Source: Eledone cirrhosa (taxonomy: Eukaryota). From it: 64,000 nucleotides of DNA. The notes beneath the pieces were generated by a model. The model was given only the letters and a program-made list of their open reading frames with translations, made no database searches and was not told the origin of the DNA. The DNA lies in assembly GCA_964016885.1 (NCBI GenBank), contig OZ024750.1, positions 4,588,001-4,652,000 of the forward strand, read 5' to 3'. Positions 54,831-64,000 of the stretch are shown piece by piece (positions within the stretch are counted from its first letter, which is position 1; each line of letters starts with the position of its first letter). Made by a program: the position numbers and the translations under genes.

Positions 54831-55764
54831 CGCCATCATAATGCTGCTGAACTTTGTTGAGATGCATAATTCAGAATAGTTGAAGACAACAGTCTGTTGT
54901 GTTTGACCAAATACATTTTTGAAATTGGTGCCTGTGAAACGATAAAACAAGAACCATTATTTTGATTTCAGTTCACAAAGTAGTTGTAACAATAATATAA
55001 TTGTTCCCAGATATAATGGAAATTCTATATGCTAATATTGGTTTTATTCACACCATTTTCTACAAAAACTTCTCATTTATTTAACCATTGTTCCACAGGA
55101 CAATGAACATGCTGGCTTTCAAGAGAAAACTATCAAAATTCCAATTAAGAGATTAAAATCTCAATACTGATTGCACAGATAATTAGTGGCAGGAATAAAG
55201 ATTCAACAACACACAAAAAACACAAAACCGCCCCCCGCAAATGTTTTAAAATGAAGCTGACCCCTACTAAAACAGGGGATAGGCTTGTGGGTCCCATGGT
55301 AGTCTTAATACTCATCATGGGATCATTTCTAAGCCAATGTTTTACAGTTGAGTAATCTTCCTGGCACCAACTGTTTTAGACATTATTAACAACACACAGG
55401 GATATGGCGTACCCTATTCTAAACTGGATTTACAGCAAGTCTTATACATATCATGGGGTCCATTTTGAAACAATGCTTTAAGGTCTAGTGTCCTTTCTGG
55501 CACCAACTCTTTTGGGCACCTCTAACAACACACTGGGATATGATGTAACTATTCTAAACTGGAAATATCTATAGAAATAGCAGAAATAATATTCTGGAAT
55601 AATCGTTTTTACATCTGCTTTTCCATGCTTGCATGGGTTACCTGTAGAGGCAATATTTATTAGAATGCTGTTGAAGTGTGTATACATTTTTGGGGGACAC
55701 CTTGTATATCATCATCATCGTCGTCATTTTTACGTCCACTTTTCCATGCTTGCATGGGTTGGAT

Positions 55765-55832
<68 letters not shown>

Positions 55833-55863
55833 AGGATGTCTTCTGTATGAAGAACATATAGTT

Positions 55864-56092
55864 AAGTGTGAGTCTAATATACTTGATACAGTGAACTGAA
55901 AATCTATTTTAATCAACTGAACATATTACTGTAATGACTAGTAAATTCATTAGCATTAATGAAAAATTCTTCCCTTTGTGGGAAGAAATTTTTCATTATG
56001 GCTAATGAATTTGCTACTCATTACAGTTATAATTGAAATTGATTAAAATATACGTTCAGTTCACAGAGTCAAGTATGTTTTAGCTGGCACTT
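55864..56092. mobile_element. ~230-bp foldback / palindromic MITE-like element
   Basis: Arms pair along their length around loop tttgt (55975-55979), e.g. aaattcattagc/gctaatgaattt and gtgaactgaa/ttcagttcac. Confidence 0.8.
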
Positions 56093-56680
56093 CATTATAT
56101 GTGTATATATATATGTGTGTGTCTTGTACATACATACACACATATATATATATATATACATGTGGAGAAAGGGGGAGTTACAGGTGATTGAGTGTGTGTG
56201 TTGTGTGTGAGTGTGTATATAGAGAAAGAGTCAGAGATGTGTGCGTGTGTGTGTGTTGCACATACACATATAAATCTAAGGAAAAAGAGAGAAAGTTACA
56301 GATGATGCATGTGAGAGGTGTATGTGTTGTACATACACACACACATATATATATAGAGAGAGTAACAGATGGTGTGTGTGTGTGTGTCTATATTATATAT
56401 AAACGTACACGCATATATCTAATATATATATATGAAATATATTAGAATGTATTATAAAATTTGGTTGAAATATTTTTAATGTCTGAAAACCAGAAAAGAT
56501 ATTGGTCTTTAACCAAAACATATTGAAGGAAAACAACACAAAGGTACATAAAAAAACAAAACAAAGCTAAGACCAACAAACGGCTTTGATGAACAATTTA
56601 AGATTTAAAACCTCAGTTATCCTTTTGATATTAACCTAAGAATGCCTCTGGTTTTCTAATACGAGATCTCCCTAGTTTAA

Positions 56681-57079
56681 CCCTTTACCACTGACATTAT
56701 TCTATATTTACTATTGCATATTCATGGTAAAGGCTTTATCTCACATAATCTCGAGTCTACGAGATTTTGATGATGCTATTGTTTATTTTAAGAATAATAT
56801 CTCAACATAATTGTGAGCTGCTGGGTAAATACGGTTTCAAAAAGGGGAAAGAATTCTGGCTGGATACGCTGGTGAAACCCTTTAGCATTTACATTACTCT
56901 CTATTTACTATTATATTTTCACAGTAAAGGCTTTACCTCACATTATTATTTCAATATCGAATTTATGAGATTTTGATATTATTCAGTATTATTCAGTATT
57001 ATTCAGTATGAGTGGCTGGTTACAGCCAGTTTAAATAGAAACAGGTGAGAGAATTCTGGCCGGATAAAATGCTAAAGGG
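56681..57079 (+). mobile_element. Two head-to-tail family A MITEs (56681-56875, 56878-57079) inside a family F element
   Basis: TTAA|CCCTTT at 56677, second CCCTTTAGCATTT at 56878, GGG|TTAA at 57077-57083. Confidence 0.75.
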
Positions 57080-57432
57080 TTAACGTGTCTATATTTAAAT
57101 TCAAACTTCCATTATAATTCCAGTAAAATAAAACTTTTATTAAGTTATGTTCTAGACACCATCTTAATAATGAAAAGGTCACTTATTTTATTTAAATCTT
57201 TCCGAACATTTTTATTGTTATTTTGAAAAATTAGTTGAAACGTAGACTGTGAATTTCATTAAATACAATCAGGTTATGATCTTTAAATCAAACAGGTTTA
57301 TCAAATATTTAAATTTGTTTGATAAAGACCTCAGGAAAGGTCAAATATTACAACAACAACAACATTACATCAAGACCACCATTACAACAACATAACAACA
57401 ACATAAAAAGTTCTATCAATAGCAGTAACAGT

Positions 57433-57900
57433 AATGGTTTCTGATTTAAGCTCAGGGCCGACAATCTTTTGGGGGAAGTTGATTAAACTGACTCCAGAAT
57501 ATTACTGGTACTTTATTTTATCGACACTGTAAGGATGAAGGGCAAAGCTAACCTTGGCGCTGTCTTTCATCCTTAACCCTTTAGCATTTACATTACTCTA
57601 CATAAACTACTGTATTTTCATGGTAAATGCTTTACCCCATATAATTGTCTCACATATTATCGAATATATGAGATTTTGATATTATCTATTTTGAGCACAA
57701 TACCTCAAAGTCGGTTTGAAGAACCAGTTATGGCTGGTTTCAACAGAAAGAGGTGAGAGAATTCTGGCCGGATATGGCCGGTTTGAATACTAAAGGGTTA
57801 AGGGGTAGCAGTAACAATAATGGTTTCTGGTTTAGGTAATATTGAAAGGAAAAATGGATTAAATCAATCCCAGTATATTACTGGTACTTTATTTTATTGT
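57433..57900 (-). mobile_element. SINE family B fragments flanking a MITE
   Basis: Core and tail matches at 57433-57560 and 57817-57900. Confidence 0.6.
57577..57797 (+). mobile_element. piggyBac-like MITE family A, full length
   Basis: TTAA at 57573-57576 and 57798-57801; flanks rejoin as tttcatcc-ttaa-ggggt, a SINE B core variant. Confidence 0.8.
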
Positions 57901-58141
57901 ATGTCAACATGGCGCCCCTATGACTCCCTCGGAAGTTACGCATCCATAGATACATAGAAGTAGGGAGAGGGTTAATGTGAGAAGCTTACCTTATTGGAGA
58001 AGAAGATATTAAAATATGGAAAGCTTATCTCTTGTAGAAGACTCATAGGAACCCTGGTGCTACATCACTGAATTAATAATAAACATTTGTGATGATGAGT
58101 GGGGGGGGGGGGGAATGAACAAATTTGTTTTACTTCAGGCT

Positions 58142-58174
58142 GTATATATATATATATACACAAAAACATGTATA

Positions 58175-58214
<40 letters not shown>

Positions 58215-58221
58215 TATATAC

Positions 58222-58252
<31 letters not shown>

Positions 58253-58369
58253 CACACACATATATACATATATATATATATACATATATATATATACATA
58301 CATATATATACACACACACACATATACACATACATATATACACACACACACATATACACATACATATAT

Positions 58370-58400
<31 letters not shown>

Positions 58401-59190
58401 CATATATAAACACACACATATATATATACATATATACACACACATATATATATACATATATACACACACACATATATATATACATATATACACACATATA
58501 TATATATACATACATATATACACACACACATATATAAATATATATACACACACATATATATATACATATATACACACACACATATATATATACATATATA
58601 CACATACACACACATATACACACACACACATTATATATATATAAACATTCACACAGACATATAGACATGTACACACCCAGTAGACATTTTCGATGTTATC
58701 TTTACAACATATGGTCCCAAACCAAGAGGTGGGTCATAAGCAGGGGGTGGGGCAGTCATAAGCAGGGGGTGGGTGGGGTGGGGGAGATATAAGCAGGGGT
58801 GGGGTGGGGGAGATATAAGCAGGTATGAATCAGGCAACAACTCAATATAATTATTTATATACAAGAGAGAGAGGAGAGGGGGCTCCAGGTTATTATTTCA
58901 AGCACAATGGAATATCTGGTTAGATGATGATGATGATGGTGGTGATGGTGGTGATGGTCGTGGTGGTGGTGATGGTGGTGGTGGTGGTGATGATGGTGGT
59001 GATGGTGGTGATGGTGATAGTGATGGTGGTGATGGTGGTGATGGTGATGGTGGTTGTGATGGTAGTGGTGGTGGTGATGGTGATGGTGATGATGGTGTTG
59101 GTGATGATAGTGGAGATGGTGGTGGTGGTGGTGGTGGTGATGGTGGTGATGATGGTAGTGATGATGGTGATGATGATGCTGGTGATGATG
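58142..59190. repeat. TA/CA and (GAT/GGT)n microsatellite tracts
   Basis: Direct reading. Confidence 0.9.
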
Positions 59191-59292
59191 GTTTCTTTGA
59201 TTGGCCACAAGGGTACATGATTTGGGGGACAATACAGAGGTGAAGAACAACACAGAATGAAGGTTACGAAGATAATGATGATGATGATGATG

Positions 59293-59476
59293 ATAATTGT
59301 TTCTACTTTTGGCACAAGGCCAGCAATTACCCAGTGTATTACTGGTACTTTATTTTATCGACCGCCATAAGGATGAAAGGCAAAGTGAACCTCGGCGGGA
59401 TTTGAACTCAGATTATAAAGGGCCGTAACTCTGTACTGCGAAGCATGGCGTCCGACCTTCTACAGATTCTGCCAAT
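59293..59476 (-). mobile_element. tRNA-derived SINE family B
   Basis: Complete tail-core-B box-head in reverse. Confidence 0.85.
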
Positions 59477-59590
59477 GGTTAGAATGTCTCAGCAAAGAAT
59501 CACTGGACAGATTTTACGGGCAAAAACCAACCCGCAGGAGACCCAGGGGTAGACCCCGAGCGAGATGGTTGGATAACATCGATGAGCTTT
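59477..59590 (+). mobile_element. REX3/Expander-like RTE LINE 3' fragment
   Basis: VRMSQQRITGQILRAK / PTRRRPRGRPRARWLDNIDEL with one frameshift. Confidence 0.75.
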
Positions 59591-60454
59591 TGGGAGAGAC
59601 GAAAGTCGATTAAAAAAGCCGTGTGTTACCAGTACTTCCTTTTATTGACACTGCAGGGAAGGAAGGCAGAGCTAACCTCGGTGGGATTTGAACTTAAAAC
59701 ATAGAAAGTTGTAACTAAATAATGTAACCCAGCACTCTAAATAATGATGATGAGAGGGGAGTGATGATGGTGAGGGTGAGGGTGAGGGTGGTGGTGGTGG
59801 TGGTGGTGGTGGTGGTGGTGGTGAGGGTGGTGGTGTTGGTGAGGGTGGTGGTGGTGGTGAGGGTGTTGGTGTTGGTGGTGGTGTTGGTGAGGGTGTTGGT
59901 GAGGGTGTTGGTGTTGGTGAGGGTGTTAGTGAGGGTGTTGGTGAGGGTGGTGGTGGTGTTGGTGAGCGTGTTGGTGAGCGTGTTGGTGAGGGTGGTGGTG
60001 GTGTTGGTGAGGGTGTTGGTGAGGGTGGTGAGGGTGTTGGTGTTGGTGGTGGTGTTGGTGAGGGTGGTGGTAATGATGGCGGTGGTAGTTATGATGATGG
60101 TGATAGAAGTGATATAAGTGATAGTGGTGGTTATGATGATGATGTTGATAATGATGATGGGAGTGGTGGTTGTAAGGATATTAGTGGTGGTTATGATGAT
60201 GATGATGATGATGATGATATCAACAAACACAAACAGAATCTGGGGATCTGTTTACAAACAGAAATACACCACACACACTAATTTATTAGATTTGCAAGTC
60301 AAATCTGACAAAAAATATTCTCTCTGGAGGCAACTACAAAGCAATTCTACCCAATTTCCTCAATTTTTTAAATTATTTTCGGTTAGTTAAGATGCATCCA
60401 GCAGCTGAGAAAATCTTTTTTACATTCTCTTATTTCCAATAATACCCTGCTGTT

Positions 60455-60790
60455 GAAATATTGTGTGACACCCTACTAAAATACTGTGAGGCACCCTACT
60501 AAAATATTGTGTGATATCCTATTAAAATATTGGGTGATATCTTGAGATATTGGGTGATATCTTACTGAAATATTGGGTGATATCCTACTGAAATATTGGG
60601 TGATATCCTACTGAAATATTGGGCGATATCCTACTGAAATATTGGGTGATATCTTACTGAAATATTGGGTGATATCTTACTGAAATATTGGGTGATATCC
60701 TATTGAAATATTGGGTGATATCTTGATAAAATATTGGGTGATATCCTACAGAAATATTCGATGATACCTTGATGCGATATTGGGTGATAT
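60455..60790. repeat. 23-bp minisatellite gaaatattgggtgatatcctact
   Basis: About 14 tandem units. Confidence 0.92.
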
Positions 60791-61290
60791 GCCATGATAA
60801 AATGCATCCAGTACATATGATAAAACAGGTGGCATTAGGAAGGGCATCCAACCATAAAAACCACGACAGGCAGAAACATAGGAGCAGTTCATTGTCATCT
60901 GACCTATCTAGTCTCAGACTGTGATGATATCATGTCAAACCCATGCCAGGTGTAAAACAATGATGATGATGATAGGTGTATTATTCACACCGACTGCAGG
61001 TGCTAGCTGGAAGCAAGTGGTGCATGCTTATCAGCTAATAATACATATATAAATGAGAGGGAAGAGCTGGTAAGTCATTTCAAAGGTCTGATATGAGATA
61101 TCAAGTGATGATAATTTGTCTCCCCAAAAAATTTTGAAACTTTATAAAAACAAAGAAAATTACTCATAAAATTTCTAAACTATTTATTTAAATATTTCCT
61201 AATGAATCAATGTTTATTTTAACAAGAGTTAACGATAATGTTGACATATCTGTGTAAGATATACACCCTTGTTTGTAAATAAGTTAGTCA

Positions 61291-61463
61291 AACAACTCGG
61301 AGACTTCCTTCATACCAGGAGAAGGGGGTACTTTGTTCATATTCTACAAACAACTCGGAGACTTCCTTCATACCAGGAGAAGGGGGTACTTTGTTCATAT
61401 TCTACAAACAACTCGGAGACTTCCTTCATACTACGAGAAGGAGGTACTTTCTTCATATTCTAC
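61291..61463. repeat. 58-bp tandem repeat, 3 copies
   Basis: aacaactcggagacttccttcatac at 61291, 61349 and 61407. Confidence 0.92.
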
Positions 61464-61641
61464 CTATGTTCTATATATCTAAAGTACAAAGTGTTTCTCG
61501 AGCCTGGAAGCTCATCAGGCTGGTACTTACCACAATTTCCATGGAGTTAAGTGACAGTGCGAGAAGACTTCACTCTGGACAGAACGCCAGTCCATCGCAG
61601 GGTTAAACTCCCAGCTATTGCTGGTACTCATTTTTAGCTAA

Positions 61642-61861
61642 TCCTTTAGCAGTTAAACCGGCCATATTGGCCACAATTCTCTCACCTCTTTCTGTTCAAA
61701 CCGGCCATAACCAGCTGCTCATGCTTATGTTAAGGTATTGTTCTCAAAATAAATAATATCAAAATCTCGTAGATTCGATACTATATGAGATAATTATGTG
61801 AGATAAAATATTTACTGTGAAAATACAATAGTAAATATAGAATAAAGTAAATGCTAAAGGG
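61642..61861 (-). mobile_element. piggyBac-like MITE family A
   Basis: tcctttagcagttaaaccggcc ... aaatgctaaaggg|TTAA. Confidence 0.78.
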
Positions 61862-61994
61862 TTAAGTATACTATATGACCCCTCCCCTCTTCACCGGTTA
61901 TTATCATAATACATTAGATATCTTCATAACGACCTCTTCCTTAGTACAGCTGTCTTCATCTTAGTGATTCAATGTTATTATTGCAGTGGATGAC

Positions 61995-62215
61995 GGCGGT
62001 GGATTGGCAGTAATCAGTAGAGCATCGCACAACATGCTTTGCAGCATAGAGTCATGGCCCTTTACGGTCTGAGTTCAAAACCTGCCAAAATTAGCTTTGC
62101 CTTTCATCCTTACAAGGGGCAATAAAATAAAGTACCAGTAATGCACTGGTGTCGATTTAATCGACTTTCCTTTCCCCAAAAAATTGTTGGCTTTGTGCCT
62201 AAATCAGAAACCATT
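61995..62215 (+). mobile_element. tRNA-derived SINE family B, long-tail variant
   Basis: ggcggtggattggcagtaatcagtag head, gagttcaaaacc B-box, core and ggctttgtgcctaaatcagaaacc tail. Confidence 0.85.
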
Positions 62216-62846
62216 ATGATGCTGATGATGGTGATGGTAATGATGATGATGGTGGTGATGATGATGGTGGTGGTGGTGATGGTGATGGTGGTGATGGTGA
62301 TGGTGGCAATGATGTTGGTGATGATGGTGGTGATGGTAATAGTGATGGTGATGGTGGTGATGATGTTGGTGATGATGGTGGTGATGGTGGTGATGGTAAT
62401 AGTGATGGTGATGGTGGTGATGATGATGGTGATGATGGTGATGGTGGTGATGATGATGATGATGGTGATGATGATGGTGATGGTAGTGATGATGATGATG
62501 GTGATAATTTGCAAGTAATTATATTTTTATTATCAAGATATTTCTAAATACTCTGTGATAATGATAAGACCTTTTGTTGTCAATCTACAGTATTAAGTAT
62601 TTACTCATACCACATGTTTGACATACTTATCCACACATGTGTATATATATATATATACACGTGTGTGTGTATGTGTGTGCATGTACGTGTGTATGTGTGT
62701 ACCTTTATCTCTTTCTCTATCTCATATATATATATACACGTGTGTGTATATACATGTGTGTATGTGTGTACCTTTATCACTCTCTTTATCTCGTATGATG
62801 TATATATGTGTGTATGTGTGTCTCACTATCTCATATGTATATACGG

Positions 62847-62887
<41 letters not shown>

Positions 62888-63304
62888 TACAGACACCTCA
62901 TCTGTTTTCCATTCAATAGTTTATAATACCAATAAAAATATTTATGATTTCCTTCAATGGAATCGGTAACTTCCTATTGAGAACCTGGGAGAAATTACAA
63001 TTATTCTACAGATATAGAGATAGGGAGAAAGGGGTAAAGAGGGCGGAGGGGGGTAGAGAGAGGGGGTAGAGAAAGGTAAAGAGAGATAGGGGGTAGAGAG
63101 AGATAGGGGGAGAGGGGTAAAGAAAGGTAGAGAGAGGGAGAAAGAGAGAGGGGGTTAGAGAAAGAGAGAGAGAGAGAGGTAGAAAAAGGTAGAGAGAGGG
63201 GGGTAGAGAAAGGTAGAGAGAGAGAGAGAGAGAGGTAGAGAAAGGTAGAGAGAGAGAGAGAGGTAGAGAAAGGTAGAGAGAGGGAGAGAGGGGGGTAGAG
63301 AAAG

Positions 63305-63341
<37 letters not shown>

Positions 63342-63389
63342 GTAGAGAAAGGTAGAGAGAGGGAGAGAGAGAGAGAAGGGTAGAGAAAG

Positions 63390-63454
<65 letters not shown>

Positions 63455-63860
63455 GGGGTAGAGAAAGGTAGAGAGAGAGAGAGAGATCAAATGATAACTC
63501 CTACATAGACACTGACACTCAGAATAATAAAAGGAATTTTCACTGTATTGTGTTTTAAATATCTTATGCTTTACTGCTGTTGTTGTTAGTGGTGTTACTG
63601 CTGTTGTTGTTAGTGGTGTTAATGTTACTGACGGTGGTGGTGCTACTGTCACTATTGGTGGTGGTGCTACTATTACTGTTGGTGGGGATGCTACTGTTAC
63701 TGATGGTGGTGGTGTTGGTGTTAGTGTTACTGGTGTCTATTGGTGATGGTGGTGGTGGTGTTACTGGTGTCTATTGGTGGTGGTGGTGGTGGTGGTGGTG
63801 GTGTTACTGGTGTCTATTGGTGGTGGTGGTGGTGGTGGTGGTGGTGGTGGTGGTGGTAGT
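62216..63860. repeat. (GAT/GGT)n, TG/TA, GA-rich (gtagagaaaggtagagag) and GGT tracts
   Basis: Direct reading. Confidence 0.85.
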
Positions 63861-64000
63861 GTTGTTGTTTTGTCTCTTTAGTGAAGAACAAAGCAAAGTT
63901 AAAGTTCAGCGCTGCTACTGTCATAATGGTAAACATCTGGCATGACAGTGATACCATTATTACCCCCCCCCCCGCTGTCACCACCACCACCACCGTCATC

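Noticed and set aside
54830-54931. Strong minus-strand acceptor (ttcttgttttatcgtttcacag)
   Set aside because: No matching donor before an (ATT)n tract and no recognisable peptide in any frame.
61000-61075. Plus-strand CTG/gtaagt donor with upstream cag
   Set aside because: Stops in all frames from the main acceptor; an isolated signal expected by chance.
61488-61525. Minus-strand CTGATGAgc...gctcGAGAAAC hammerhead-like string
   Set aside because: Core spacing is wrong, there is no stem I, and it lies in a SINE-like fragment.
63882-63928. Possible 47-nt plus-strand exon (EEQSKVKVQRCYCHN)
   Set aside because: Weak donor (gtaaac), no partner exon or homology, and at the window edge.

Overview
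Eukaryotic, AT-rich, repeat-saturated non-coding DNA (intron or intergenic). The repeat families and microsatellite density resemble a coleoid cephalopod (Octopus-like) genome; that assignment is an inference. I cannot support any host protein-coding gene: nearly every ORF in the track is a translated microsatellite or minisatellite. The only recognisable protein sequence is the C-terminal end of RTE-clade LINE ORF2 (best copy 36186-36570, minus strand). Other repeats are tRNA-derived SINEs, two TTAA-flanked piggyBac-like MITE families, one hAT MITE with an 8-bp TSD, Helitron-like pieces, many minisatellites (several grown from TE termini) and a 3.7-kb satellite with a 40-bp unit built from pentamers. 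The strongest unexpected signal is a set of short modules wedged between (TA)n tracts. They carry type I hammerhead-ribozyme folds (24047-24117, 35592-35657, 46608-46643, plus a decayed copy near 28463), a long hairpin and a 72-nt tRNA-like cloverleaf. A few isolated exon candidates (best 28161-28282, minus strand) are low confidence.
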